Shown here: positions 11,164 through 23,765 of the stretch, one piece after another
Layout: each line of letters starts with the position of its first letter
How positions within the stretch are numbered: position 1 is the first letter of the stretch
Source: Clytia hemisphaerica
Lineage: Eukaryota
Reading direction: 5' to 3'
DNA length: 64,000 nucleotides
NCBI RefSeq assembly: GCF_902728285.1
Contig: NW_027103826.1
Span: forward strand, 116,759 to 180,758
The notes under the pieces: generated by a model
What the model saw: only the letters and a program-made list of their open reading frames with translations
Databases searched by the model: none
Told to the model about the DNA's origin: nothing
Position numbers and translations under genes: made by a program

Positions 11164-12519
11164 GTATTGCGATTAGGAAAAACTTATTTATTCGTGTTAT
11201 TAGCTATAATCTAGGTCATATAAAAACACCCCTGTCTCACAGCCCCGATGGAACTTTTTTCTCAGTGGGACGTATGTGACCACTTCCCAAATTTTCTCAT
11301 CTGTCAAAACAATTTGGAAACTTTCAAAAACGAAATAACTATTTCCAGACGTTTTATTGACAAAAATTCAACAAAAATATTTTGCGATTCGTTAAAAACT
11401 ATGAACTGAGAGCTTTTGACTGTAACCAAACATGCAGAATATTCTTATAATGTTTTCAAAGAAATTTTTACAAGGTGCTACGACAAGGCTTTTCCAAAAA
11501 AAGAAGTCACAGTCAAGCCAAAAACATTGAACTTTCCATGGATGACTGAAGGCTTTAAAAAATCTTCAAAAAAGACTATTATTCAAAACGCATAAACAAA
11601 TTTCAAGGAAATTCAAAACGATGGTTTTGAAGTGCAATTTTTAAACATTGAATTTCGAATGGGTATGAAATAAAAGTTAATTTCCAAGTGGGACTGAAAT
11701 TTTAAGGTATTTTCCGACTGGGGACGAAATTTTTGTCAACTTTCCAGTGGGGCTTTGGGCTCCCAACGGGCCTGTGTATATGAAAGCACTACAAAAACTT
11801 TATTTCATAAGTTCGTTACATAATAAATGCAGACGGTGGAATGAATTAACAGCATATTGTGCCTTCCGAAAGATCTCTCTCTACCTATTTATTGAAGTGA
11901 CCTATCCCGTCGTCTCATATTTATTAAAAATCAAGTCAAAATAGCCATATTCTTCGGAGTCTTAAAACAAAAACAAACAGTTACCTTGAGTTAAGAATTC
12001 TGTGTGATGTCTCCCTTCCCAGACATTTATCTCAAATGAAAACTCTCGTACTCTCAGGGTATCTACAGTGAGCAATAAACGAAGCAGTTGAAAAATTCTC
12101 GAGTCACGTGATAAAGGGGGAGGGGGCTAATTCCCGGCATGTTGTAAAGATTCTCAAATTATGTGATAAAAGAGTCTGCTGGGGATTGGAAATCGTACCT
12201 CTGTTTACCCCCCCCCCAAAAAAAAAAAAAAATACGGTAAAATATAGACTGAACTGGTGGATTCCAACACATTAGCAATGCGGAGATGGATTTCTCCTAA
12301 TTCACTGTCTCTGTCCAGTCGGTAGACAAGAATTCACTTCCAGTTCTACCTAGTGGGTGGCAGTCGAGTCCATAGTGTTCCACACCGGGGGGAGTACAGT
12401 ATATGCACTGTAAGAGTGGACTTTTGATAACCATACATGTCCAGATTTAGTGTAATGAAGGCAAAGTGTTGATAAAAAATGATAAAAAAGGTAAATGAGC
12501 CCCCCCCCAGCGGTTTGCA

Positions 12520-12730
12520 TGGTGGCGTGATTGGGACTTTTTTCTTGCGTGATGGCGTGATTAGAGATTTTTTTTGGCGTGATCAAGATTGGCGTGATGC
12601 GTGATAGGGCAAAAATTTGAGGCGTGATGCGTAATTTGGGCTATTTTTCGCTATTTTTTGCGTGATAACAAATTTTAGCGATTTTCGTGATGCGTGATGG
12701 AGAAATTTTTTTGCGTGATGGCGTGATTAG
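12520..12730 (+). repeat. GCGTGATG-type minisatellite
   Basis: ggcgtgattgg, gcgtgatggcgtgattag, ggcgtgatgcgtgatagg ... irregular 8 to 12-bp units. Related TTTGCGTGGG and TTCGCGAAA motifs recur at 60400, 63120, 47220..47480, 31330..31520 and 33480..33560. Confidence 0.6.
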
Positions 12731-13858
12731 GGGTGCCACTGGGGGGACTCGTTAATCCACATATCTTTTGTTTATTTGTCGTTCTTCAAAAGAATCTTTT
12801 GTTAAATATTTCCTATCTATAGGAAATATTTGTTAAAACGGTAATTTTTCTCCTTCTCCTCCTCCTTCTCCTTCTTCAAGTCTAACGCCGGTTTTGGTCA
12901 ATTTCGTGAGTTTGTACATGAGTCTCTTTTTAAATCAAGCTCCGGCGATAAAAACAGTAGGATGTTCTTTTTTCGAGGCGGAAGACGTCATTTCTTCGAG
13001 AAACGTCTGTGGTAAATATCCGTACGGCGCTCTATTCTCCTTGTCGATCGGGCAACGTCGGCCGTTTTAGAAGCGTATTGTTGATCGGACTGTCAAAACA
13101 AAGATGGCAGAAAATAGACAACAACTTTTGCTCTTTCGCTACTTTTCTTTGCTTTGGTTTATATGCTTTGATAAGTTGAATTGGATCATGATTTTTGTAC
13201 GATTGTCACAAGGAATGGTCGATAGTGAACTTTTCTTAATATTCCTTTCTGGATTTGATATTTCGTTTACATTCTGTTGGTTTTGAATGAGCTGGAATGA
13301 GAGATGATACATATCTCTTGGTCTTGGAAAAACTAGGACATTTTATCAACTTTCACAACAAACTAACTTCAATTTTGTTTGTATATTTACATAAATCATA
13401 CGAAGGCAAGTGACTGTGAATAAATCTGACCATGTTATACCTGAAAAATTACATACTTGCAATATGAAAAAAGTTTGCACCCAACGAATGCAATGCCGAC
13501 AATGCAAGTTTTTTTATCTACAACAATGAATTAACTGCTGGGGTTAGTGACAGTTAAGGAAAACTCGTTGCAGTTATAAATTTCAAATTTTAAAGCTGAT
13601 AACCGGATCCGGAACACCACGGCCCCAATACGAAGAATGTTATGTTATACTTCTTTTAAAGGTTTATTGCATTGAATATGGATGTTAATAATTTGAAAAC
13701 ACCTCACATGTACAATTAAAATTTTTCTTGAACTTGGAGATTTTCTTCCCCGCGTGCATTTCAAAACGTGGAAAACTTTAGTTGTGAATTTAGAGATCTT
13801 TTGCAACGTGTGTTTTAAACGTGGAAACTTTTGTCGTGAATTTTGAGATTTTCTTACC

Positions 13859-14893
13859 GTCAACTGCTCCAACTTGGGACTATCTGACAAAACATGGGAC
13901 GGCAATTTGGTCACCATTTCACCGAACCTCTAAAGTCATTTGACTTGAGTTAATGAACGGTGTATTAAAAAAATGGCAAAACGATGGAGCGTTTGACGTC
14001 ACTCGCGCAGCAAGTCATTCGTTCTCTAATTCTACAATCGGCGCTATCAGTGAAAGTTATCGTGACATGTTATGAAAGGAAGTATGATTGATAAACTTGG
14101 TGAAGTTATCAAAACAAATTTGTTGTCAAAGCGATTTAACAAGTTAGTAGTGAAAATACAGACAGTGTAGACCTAACTCTTCATACAAAAATTACGGGAA
14201 ACGCATATTTGGACTTTGTACCCTATGCTGCACTCAAGCACTTGAGCCAAAATCCCGCAAAGGCGGGACAAAAATCAGTTTTTTGAAGTTTGCAAAAAAA
14301 CGCCACATAGAAGATCTTTCAAATTCAGTATGTGAATAGAGCAGTAAAAAATACAACTTTTCTATTTTTCCTTTTTTTTGCAAAAGTTCTAGGAATGAAA
14401 ATAAAGGAATAATGATAATTGAATACTATCCATTGATGATCCGCGGCACTATCGTAAAGCTAGAATCGCTTCGCGTACTCTTCGCTTGAGAAAATGATTG
14501 ACAGATTGAATTTTTTCATCCCCGCGGCGCGCGCCGCGCGGGAGCTCGGGCGCTCTGCGCGAGTTCTTGGCTCAATCCTCAGACCGCACTAAAAATGGTA
14601 GACTGAGCTGTGATAGATCATTTCGATGGAAGTTGTTGGAATGTTTACAAGGCTCTTGACAGAAAATCGTTTGTTTTATTGTCAATGATGACAGTGTGGT
14701 TATTAATTTTGTTAGATCTGACAAATTGATGTTTATAAGTGCACTTTATAGTTTTGATTCTTATTGAAGAATCATATTCTGGTTTTCATGTTATTAGATG
14801 CTGTTTTAGAGCTTTAGAGCTACACTGACAGACCAGATATCAAACAGTCCCATGTTTCGACCAATCGTCCCAAGTTAAAGCAGTTGACGGTAT
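13859..14893. mobile_element. Second copy of the 7693 MITE family, split by a ~650-bp insertion that includes a GC-rich palindrome at 14520..14570
   Basis: The 5' part 13859..14160 and the 3' end 14815..14893 match copy 1. The intervening sequence is unrelated. Confidence 0.4.
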
Positions 14894-15957
14894 GTACATT
14901 TAAAATGTGGAAACTTTTGTGATAGATTAGATAGATAGATAGATTACACGTGCATTCAGACCGTGGAAAACTTTTGTCGTGAACTTGACATTTTCTTCCA
15001 CATGCATTTAAAAAATGAAGAAAACCCAAGTGATTTCCTATGCTTTTGGAAATCATAAAATGGCTTCTGTTAGGGGAATTTTTTCCTATTGACATTCTTT
15101 CAGATTATGAAATGTTTCCCAGTATATGAAAATGTGATTTTTTTTTTTCCTTTCTGTCGGAAAATATGAAATTGTTTCCCTGTTTTGAAAGATTTGTACT
15201 TTTTAGCACGTACATTATTTCAAAAAACTCCAAAAGTTACTTTAAATTTTTACATTTTTTACAATATTTTATATATGAAAGTATAATGCAAAATATTTCA
15301 TCTCATTTTGAAAATATATAAAAGTTTCTTTGGTTTTCTTACTGTGAAATATTCTCCTTTTTGTCATTCTTTCATTTTAAATATTTGCCCTTTTTGGCTA
15401 TATAATATTTCTGGAAATCACCGCTCAAAATAATAATTATATAATCAGGTCTTTTGATGTGTTCAACAACACTCTACTTGGCGGTGCGACGCCGGGTGAC
15501 CGCTAGTATAATACTAAAATCCATTTAAAGTTCACCTAACGAAAATTAAAGTTCCAGCCAATTTGATTACTGAATTGTTATTCTCAGTCAAGTTCAGCTT
15601 GGATATATTCCGTGATCCGTAGCTTTGAACCTACAGTCATCTCATGAATAATCCTGTAAATACTGGCAATAACATAAATGGAAATTTGAAATTCTTAGGG
15701 ACTTGTGTTGGCTTGATGTTATCTGAGAGTTAAAGCACTTTGAAATCTTTTGAGGATATCAATTATTATTTTAACATTTGTAAAGGAAATATTTATCCGC
15801 ATCTTTGCGGCTCTTGTTTTATTTTTCAACTCGAAATATTTTGCTAATTAATAAAGGGCTTGTTTATTAATCACCTGAGAAAACCAGCCAAAGGTTAGGT
15901 ATGGACATGGACTAGTAGAGGTAAGGGTGTAAGGTTATTGCTATTCGAATTTTTCAG

Positions 15958-16331
15958 GCGAGACCAATTTAATTTGTTGTCCTACGGGCAGATAGTTAGC
16001 AAAATATGAGTCGGTCGGTCGGTAAAATAAAAATAAATTTTTCATTTATCAGGGTTGGTAAAGTACCGAAAATGTTTTCCAAAAAATATCTGATTCAAAA
16101 GTTCACTTTTTTTATCTTCGATGAAGATCATAATAAAATCTTAGTGTATGGAATGCTTGATTTTCTAAATTTTTCAATTTCTTGAATTAATTTTCAGCTT
16201 TATTCAAATTTGATTCTTACAAATAACTAGTGTGTAAAATATATTGTATTGGAAATTCAATATCATTATTTTTTTGATTTTAGCAAAAATAGGGTCGGTC
16301 GGGCCCGTAGAACAACAAATTAAATTGGTCT
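15958..16331. mobile_element. MITE family with GAGACCAATTTAATTT.. TIRs, copy 2
   Basis: gcgagaccaatttaatttgttgtcctacgggc (15958..) is the reverse complement of gcccgtagaacaacaaattaaattggtctcgc (..16331). Internal GTCGGTCGGTCGG. Confidence 0.5.
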
Positions 16332-17129
16332 CGCCTCAGTGAATAAAATTGTCGAACAGACAGTGGCTACCCACTCAGATTCTACAACAGACTTTTGTTT
16401 TTATAGAATTGTTGCAGAATTTTAAACAGTTAGCGTTATCGTACAAAGAAATTATTGCTGATCCTGAGAAGAATCAAGGACGTTTTGCGAAAGAAGATAA
16501 AGTTCACGGCAACCGAAATTGTGATGATAAATTAGATTGGATCGAAGCGAATCGTGATATAGCATCCTATCAAACCATTTTGGATAAAAAAGAGGAACTT
16601 ATTGAACAATTGAAAAACACGATGAATAAGCTGGAGCAATGATTGATGATTTCGTTCTGGGCAGTTTAAATAAATATGAAGAATGATAAGTTAGTTTTCA
16701 AGCAATGTCAGTTTTTTTTCAAAATTAAACCCAAAACAATTTTCGCTAATGGTTTCAGAAGAGAAAAAGAAGAACTTTCAAATTCTAACAAAGAGGAAAT
16801 TAGGTTCTTGAAGAAGAGTTCATGATAACGAGGGTTCAAGTGTGCTGGTGTATTTATTTCAGTACTTAATTATTGGTGTAAATATATATGTGAATTGACA
16901 TAAAGTACAATTTTTTTTTTAAGGAAACAAAATTAATTTTAAAAATGTAACAGCAAGAAAATTTTATCTAATTTTTGCTCAATCGCATCAGCTCTCAGTT
17001 TTTCAAAAACAAACCATATTGTTTTTCCTTTTTTGCACAATAATGTAGTTCAAGGTATAATACACCCCCTTCTCACAAACCCACTGGGAGGAACCCTTCC
17101 CAATGGAAAAATTGACCAAAATAGTGTCC

Positions 17130-17520
17130 CCGGTGGAAGGTTACCCTCCCATTTTTGTCCCCACTGAAAATAATCAAATACTCTTAGGTTCCAAATAAAC
17201 GGCCCCCCCCCCGCTTGTTAATTTTTCGAAAATTTTCCAACCCCCCGGACCTTATTAGGACCCCCCCCGTTTATTAATCTCTAAGAATATTTTCAGCTGT
17301 TAAAGAGAAGGCCCCTTATTTTGCTCTAAATAGCCTGATTTTAGCCTATTTTTACCTTATTTTTAGGTTTCAGAAGTACAATTTCCAACCCCCCCGGCAA
17401 TTAGGTCCCCCCCCCCGTTTATTAAAATCTAGAAAAATTTTCCAACCCCCCCCCCCGTTTATTCGAACCCCCCCGTTTATTTGGAACCTAAGAGTAAACC
17501 AATCCTCACTGAAAAAGATT
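17130..17520. mobile_element. Inverted-repeat element with poly-C motifs (..AATACTCTTAGGTTCCAAATAAACGGCCCCCCCC..) inserted into a copy of a dispersed repeat. The other copy, at 24000..24250, is uninterrupted
   Basis: 17040..17130 and 17500..17580 are co-linear with 24010..24240. The insert termini cactgaaaataatcaaatactcttaggttccaaataaacgg and ccgtttatttggaacctaagagtaaaccaatcctcactgaaaa are inverted. Confidence 0.4.
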
Positions 17521-17774
17521 TACTTTTTGCCTATTCCCAATGAATAATGGGAAAGGAATTGAAATCCCCAGCAATAAAAAATATATGCGACTTGAGAGGT
17601 AAAACGCGAACAAATTTCTTAACTTACTTACAAGGCTGCTGTACTCAATTTTCGATCGAGTGAACGGTGCAATTTTGCCCACTAGGCAATAAAAGGTAAG
17701 ATTGTTTCAGTCTAAGGACAAAGAAGTTCCATTTAGTGTTTTAAAGATATCTGTAGATTTTACTCTGTGTTTAA

Positions 17775-18165
17775 CCAAATAGATAGATATAGATAGATAT
17801 GCCCTCCGATGCACCGGAATGGGTCCTACCCACGGTGGAGTAGGAATCACAGCGCAAGCAGACATTGCAACTCTGCAGATGCGAGCTGCCGAGCCATGGT
17901 GTATACCACGACACTCGAACTACACGGGAGAACGGATGTCCTTGCAGGTGTAGAACCTCCTGAGTGTCACGGCACACCACAATGTCTGAAATATCTACCC
18001 ATACTTTTTTATCAGAGTTATGGTACCCAATTCCCCTCACATGGCATGGGTTGACCCGGGCGAAGGAGCATTCACTTGCCAAGTGAATCTTAGTGCCACG
18101 GTTGGTATCGAACTCGAGCCTCCTGGACAGAAGTCAAGCACGATAACCACTACACCACTTTAACC
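17775..18165 (-). mobile_element. tRNA-derived SINE, copy 2 (full length), just 3' of the FReD gene
   Basis: Same head, core and (GATA/TATC)n tail as copy 1. The spurious ORFs 17771..18082 and 17809..18054 lie inside it. Confidence 0.6.
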
Positions 18166-18292
18166 AAATATAGTTTCGCAAAAGATTTTGTTCAATCACT
18201 TTTACAAGTTCTTTAAAGATTTTAAATCCTCGTCAAATTCATATTTTCCTACAATTTTGCCCCTATATCCACGAATATTATCACACGTCATG

Positions 18293-19255
18293 TTAGGGTA
18301 AAAAAGATGATTGTCTGATCATGATCAAACTTTCTTTCAAGTTTTTATAGTTACCATTTCCGTCAAAAAATCGCCAAATAACACCATTTGTTACACCAAG
18401 GTTCTCGGAATTCCTATATACTCCATTCATTGCATGGTCATGGCAATCCTTGAACCACCAAGGTCCATAATGTTTTGCACACGATGAACTTGGATCATTA
18501 TTCCAGTCATTATCTCTATCTTTTGTTGAAAAGAGTACACCTTTCATGTGATAACCCCAATTTTGTGGACCAACAGCTGGATGGTAAGTGAATTGATAGT
18601 TGAGTGTTTCACTTTCGATACGTACTTTTGGAATCATTTCCATTTTGGTGACTTGATGGAAATCGATACCTCTTACAAGTAAATCGTGATCTTCTGAAGT
18701 TGTTAAAAGATGTACTAATTCATTCCCAAGCCAATATTCCCCATCCTCGTTTCCAAACCCTTTTTTACATTCGTTCCAGTCTCTTGAAAAAAAATCAACG
18801 CTTCCATCATATCTTCGTTGGAAAGCCATCCAACCTCCACCAGCTTGCTGCATAAGACAATATACAACGCGCTGATACCGTCCCAAGAGAAACACTTCGT
18901 AGACGCCATCTTTACGCGCACCCATTTTGTACCAGTCTGCGCAACTTGTGAACATTACATATGAATAGTACTTGGTACCAGTTTGTTGCTTTAATGCTCT
19001 TGATTCATTTTGATATGTTATGAATGGAATATCATAGAATTGACATACTCCGAACGGTGGCATTGGTGTGAAGTCGAAGGAAAAGCATTCTCTGTTTAAT
19101 GAACAGAAACTCACACATCTTTGATAAGGAATGTTCTCCTCCGTATGGAAAGGAGTGTAAATGATTGTCTTTCCAGTAGAAATTAAGTTAAAAAGCCGAT
19201 GTCGAGCTTCAATAGATACAATGATAAATAACCACAATAGAAACATTACTTTCAT
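18293..19255 (-). CDS. Fibrinogen-related domain (FReD) secreted protein; single exon, 320 aa from the MKVMFLLWLF start
   Basis: A continuous ORF has the signal peptide MKVMFLLWLFIIVSIEA and an N-terminal Cys-rich segment. The C-terminal FReD carries the hallmark blocks CADWYKMGARKDGVYEV, GGGWMAFQRRYDGSVDF, WNECKKGFGNEDGEYWLGNELVHLLT and FSTKDRDNDW..SCAKHYGPWWFKDCHDHAMNGVY. These match the ficolin/angiopoietin/tenascin/FREP family. Confidence 0.7.
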   Translation of the reverse strand: MKVMFLLWLFIIVSIEARHRLFNLISTGKTIIYTPFHTEENIPYQRCVSFCSLNRECFSFDFTPMPPFGVCQFYDIPFITYQNESRALKQQTGTKYYSYVMFTSCADWYKMGARKDGVYEVFLLGRYQRVVYCLMQQAGGGWMAFQRRYDGSVDFFSRDWNECKKGFGNEDGEYWLGNELVHLLTTSEDHDLLVRGIDFHQVTKMEMIPKVRIESETLNYQFTYHPAVGPQNWGYHMKGVLFSTKDRDNDWNNDPSSSCAKHYGPWWFKDCHDHAMNGVYRNSENLGVTNGVIWRFFDGNGNYKNLKESLIMIRQSSFLP

Positions 19256-20016
19256 TTTCTTTGGAGTTGCAATAGAGAAAACTGAGTGATGATAGGCCAA
19301 CAAATGTTCCACTTGAATCTGAAATCTAGTTCAGTTGAATTTTAAAATTATGAAAATGAAAAAAAAAAAAGAAATCTGAAAAACTTGAAAAAAAATTATG
19401 AATTAAGTTAATCAAAAAACCACAGATGAGAAAAGTTGAATATTCATGTTTGCACAACAATTTAACAGAAAAATTAAGTGATTCAAAATATTCTATTCAT
19501 ACAGGTGGTGTATGTACGAACCTTTCCAGGGGGTAATTGCAGGAAGAATTTCAAGGGGGTCTAAAAGGAAAGCTTTTTTTAATTTTTCTATTTTTCTAAG
19601 TGTGAAAAATACTTGCTTTAGTTCGTCCACCCTAACTTTAATGTATGACAAAGAATTTTTCCAAGAAGGGTCTTTGCAAGTTTTGCCGCTTTCCAGGGGG
19701 GGTATCCACACATTCAAGTGAATTATTCTTTTGCTTTAAAGGTTTTGTCCACCCCCGGTTTAGATTATAAATGGAGCAGCCCATTCATGAATATAGATAT
19801 AAATGAATTAAAATCTATTTCAAATTAGCTGACTGTGTTTTTTCAAACCTCAATAACCATTGATAGAATTTGAATTAAGTAGGGATTTTGTGCTCGTTGA
19901 AAAGACAAAATGGGGCGAGCTTCTAACTCCTTCTAGATCCGGAGATACAAGCCTTTAAAGTTTGAACTAGCAATTTTCTATAAAAAAAATTAGAAAAAAA
20001 TGACCGTGGTACTTAA

Positions 20017-20628
20017 CCCTTTAAGTGCCGATGTCGTATATATACGACATGGGCTATATAGGAGGGCGAAGCCCTCCTGTAATGCCCAGTTTGAGTTAGA
20101 AATCGTTATTTTTGGTCGAACTCGTAGGAATTAGATTGTCCTTTATGGTCAAGCAAAAAAAAATTCAAAAGTGAGTCTTTCCAGCGAAATTTTAAGCAAA
20201 AAAGTCAAAAAAATGCAAAAAATTGACAAAAATTCACTTTTTTGAGATTCTGACCGTTTTTTGACTATTTTTGGTCAACGAGTGATCCAAGAACCTCCAA
20301 ATTTGGCCCTGTTTTACTTTATTCTGTCTTCTAGTGAATTGATTTGAAATTTTACCACTGGGCACCTTTCATCAGTTCAGTCAGGTCCGCGCAGCGGGCC
20401 TGACTGCTTTAATTCCCTAACCTACCCCCCCCTTGGCCGCCGCCCACCACGCCCTTCCTAAATCGGGCGGCGCCGAAGGCGCCCAAAAGAAAGAAGAGAC
20501 TCTAAGCTATCCAACGAGCTATATACGAGCTTCTAATTCCTTCTAGATCAGGAGATATAAGCCCTTAAAGTTTGAACTAGCGATTTTTTAAAAAAAACTT
20601 AGAAAAAAGGACCCTGGCACTCAAAGGG
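20017..20628. mobile_element. piggyBac-type MITE (612 bp): TIR CCCTTTAAGTGCC...GGCACTCAAAGGG, flanked by TTAA
   Basis: TTAA at 20013..20016 and 20629..20632. Termini start CCC and end GGG, as in piggyBac. Internal hairpins CCGATGTCGTATATATACGACATGG and GTCAGGTCCGCGCAGCGGGCCTGAC. Confidence 0.6.
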
Positions 20629-20753
20629 TTAAAGAAAAATTGCAAAAATTATTTTTTTTTTAGATTTCTCAATTTTTGGCCTAAACTCACTCAAAAATGC
20701 TGAAAAACACCAAAAAATCACATTTTCAAATTTTTTTTTTCACTTTGTTTAAC

Positions 20754-21366
20754 CCTTTAAGTGCCGATGTCGTATATATACGACATGGGCTATATAGGAG
20801 GGCGAAGCCCTCCTGTAATGCCCAGTTTGAGTTAGAAATCGTTATTTTTGGTCGAACTCGTAGGAATTAGATTGTCCTTTATGGTCAAGCAAAAAAAAAT
20901 TCAAAAGTGAGTCTTTCCAGCGAAATTTTAAGCAAAAAAGTCAAAAAAAATGCAAAAAATTGACAAAAATTCACTTTTTTGAGATTCTGACCGTTTTTTG
21001 ACTATTTTTGGTCAACGAGTGATCCAAGAACCTCCAAATTTGGCCCTGTTTTACTTTATTCTGTCTTCTAGTGAATTGATTTGAAATTTTACCACTGGGC
21101 ACCTTTTCATCAGTTCAGTCAGGTCCGCGCAGCGGGCCTGACTGCTTTAATTCCCTAACCTACCCCCCCCTTGGCCGCCGCCCACCACGCCCTTCCTAAA
21201 TCGGGCGGCGCCGAAGGCGCCCAAAAGAAAGAAGAGACTCTAAGCTATCCAACGAGCTATATACGAGCTTCTAATTCCTTCTAGATCAGGAGATATAAGC
21301 CCTTAAAGTTTGAACTAGCGATTTTTTAAAAAAAACTTAGAAAAAAGGACCCTGGCACTCAAAGGG
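20754..21366. mobile_element. Second copy of the piggyBac-type MITE (613 bp), 125 bp downstream of the first, flanked by TTAA
   Basis: TTAA at 20750..20753 and 21367..21370. About 99% identical to 20017..20628. A 3' fragment of a third copy lies at 19900..20012. Confidence 0.6.
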
Positions 21367-22288
21367 TTAAAAAAGGTTAATGTGAAAAAAAATTTATATA
21401 ATAAGATATAGTCCAAAGTTTATCAATGATTGACTTCAAAAATTATCAAAAACGACAAAAAAGAGCCTTTTTTTTAGTCAAACAGGGATAAAGTTTTAAG
21501 CTGTATTTTTTTATTAAATGAAAAGTTTTTTAATATTTTTTCGCATTTATGACGTTCTAAGATTGACGAAATTCTGATACAAAAATGAAGATCATAGCGG
21601 TACAAGAAGTTGATTTTCTTCTTCTTCATTTTTCATCTTCGTTTTTCCATTTTTTAATTTTTTTCTTTTTTGATAATATTTTACTCCGAATTATCTTTTT
21701 AACGAGCCCAAAACCGTTAACTAATTCAAATTCTATCAAAATTTATCGAGGTTTGAAAATAAACTCTGCCAGCTAATTAGAAATAGACTTTACGAAATTC
21801 TCGCGGTTTTTCACCTTCAAAAGTCCTTCTAAGTGTTACAAAATTACAAAAGACTAAAGAGTAAAAAAAATGAAATATAGCCAATGGTTAGTGTGGAATA
21901 TTCAAGTTTTCCCAAGCAAGCAAAAGTGGTGCCTTTAAAGATTTACGCGGCATTTCACGGGTTGGCGGCATTTCACGGGTTGAATCTGTACTTTCTTCGT
22001 TTTGGGCGTTTTACATTTTTCAAATTCTGGCGATAGCGAAAAAATCCAGTGTTTACATGAAAACCACGCAGGCTGAGCAATATAGGTAGGGAATAAATCG
22101 CTTCAAACACTGAATATGAGATTGACTCTAGGTCGTTGACGTTCCATTTTTTTAGTCGTTTAGCATGCTAGACGATAACTTCAGTTCTATTGAAGAGCGT
22201 GAAAATTGTTATGTTGATGTATATTATAAAAGATTGTGAACTAGAAAATTCTAAAAAATATTTCGTAGTACATTCACATTAAAAGAAA

Positions 22289-22499
22289 CTAAAGGTCAGT
22301 TCGTGTAGATTTTTTCTGGAGATGATCGTCATCGTCCACCTGAGGATTCCCTGGTGGTTTTGAGCCGTCAATCAAAAGACTGTTTTTCGTGTCACTATAG
22401 TAACCATCTTGCATTGGTAGATGCGTGGGTTCTATCAAATGATTGGTCGCTGATATTGCGATAAGGTCACGTGTATCGTATTGTTTCATCAACACTTTA
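22289..22499 (-). CDS. COLGALT-like gene B exon 10 (terminal; stop at 22289..22291)
   Basis: Encodes (D)KVLMKQYDTRDLIAISATNHLIEPTHLPMQDGYYSDTKNS..HLQKKSTRTDL* (compare SVEPLLIYPTHYTGDDGYVSDTE....RDEL). The RTDL end is KDEL-like. The ten exons sum to 1611 nt, which is 537 codons, and every exon phase is consistent. Confidence 0.6.
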
Positions 22500-23011
22500 C
22501 TGAAAATAGAAAACAAAAGATAATTTATCGGAACGTTTTTGTTTTTTTTTGGTTTGACTAAAACCTAGCCAGTGCCTTCCCACAAACCAAATTTTTTCTT
22601 TGTTTTAAAAATCGCGATAAAAAAGCGGTTTTCGTCTAACAGGCTAACTAAAACCTTTCTTGACAAAAAAATTATCGTCACAGTTGTGCACGGCTTTAGG
22701 AAGCCTGAAAAACTAACCCTCAAGGACCAAAACTTCGGATTACCTAGGGGCGCCCCTACAGATAATTTCCCCTCGTTTTTATATGGACTTCAAAAGTGAT
22801 CTTAGGTAAAAATTATACCAAATACCATATTCATGATATTCACGACGTAATGTTTTATACAGAAACACCCATAAGATAACCCAGGCGTTTGGCACTAGCT
22901 TTATTATTTAAATTCAAAAATAGTGGCAAGTGAATGTTCGTATAAGACGCCACGTCATGAATATCACCAATTGCACTAAAAACCATAAGATTACTAGTAC
23001 AAGTCACTCAC

Positions 23012-23218
23012 TCTTCATGTTTATTGAACTTAATTGTCAAATATTCATCCACAGGAACCATCTTCGCAAACCCTTCGCCACCTGCCAATAATTTTCGTGC
23101 ACCCGAAAGCCTCAAAACGTATCCAATCGCCCAGTTCGAATGTTTCGGAAAAATTAATGTTTTATCCGTTTCACCGACGTACGATTCGCTCGTTTGTTTT
23201 GCTTCACGTCCAAGGTAT
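23012..23218 (-). CDS. COLGALT-like gene B exon 9
   Basis: Acceptor catttcag, donor ga|gtgagt. Encodes (L)YLGREAKQTSESYVGETDKTLIFPKHSNWAIGYVLRLSGARKLLAGGEGFAKMVPVDEYLTIKFNKHE (compare YVGRKR...[39 protein letters not shown]). Confidence 0.6.
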
Positions 23219-23440
23219 CTGAAATGATAGAAAAATAGCTCACGGTCCATCAATAGGGAGGGGATAAGAGGCTAAATCGCATGCAAAACCTTTTTGGAAG
23301 AAAAGCTATTTTGATAATTTTCATTTAAATTTTCCATGATTTCCTTAAATTTTTAGTTGTATTGTAAGTATTTTAAATACAGTAAGCTTGAGGAATTTCC
23401 GAGCGAAAACAAAAAGAATATTTTGCTTAAATGTACTTAC

Positions 23441-23639
23441 AATAGGTCCCAGTCTTTTTCAGGTTTCATTTCCAAAGAACTGGCAGTTTTCATGAGCTTT
23501 GTCAATTTTTTACGAAAGTTAGATACAAAGCGAACGTCATCTTCTAAGATCAAAACTTCGTCCAAATTTCGTTCGACCATCTGTGAAAAAAGTGAGTGAC
23601 AATTGTGAAGAAAGACAAAACACACCTCTGTCTGGTGGC
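23441..23639 (-). CDS. COLGALT-like gene B exon 8
   Basis: Encodes (G)HQTEVCFVFLHNCHSLFSQMVERNLDEVLILEDDVRFVSNFRKKLTKLMKTASSLEMKPEKDWDL (compare GELGCFLSHYNIWKEV..LVFEDDLRF...GLDWDLIY). Donor tt|gtaagt. Confidence 0.55.
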
Positions 23640-23765
23640 CTCATTGGAGGCTTTGGCTAACATCAAACCTGACTGTTTGACCTAGGAGGATCCACCCCGC
23701 TTGCCAACCCAGTTGAAGTTTGTCCAAAAGCGACCCCTTTTCATTGAACTGGATAAACCACTCAC

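Noticed and set aside
16349-16642. 97-aa ORF with a coiled-coil-like C-terminus (..KEELIEQLKNTMNKLEQ) just outside a MITE
   Set aside because: It has no recognisable family, starts at a non-ATG codon and has no splice partners. It may be a real exon, but the support is insufficient.
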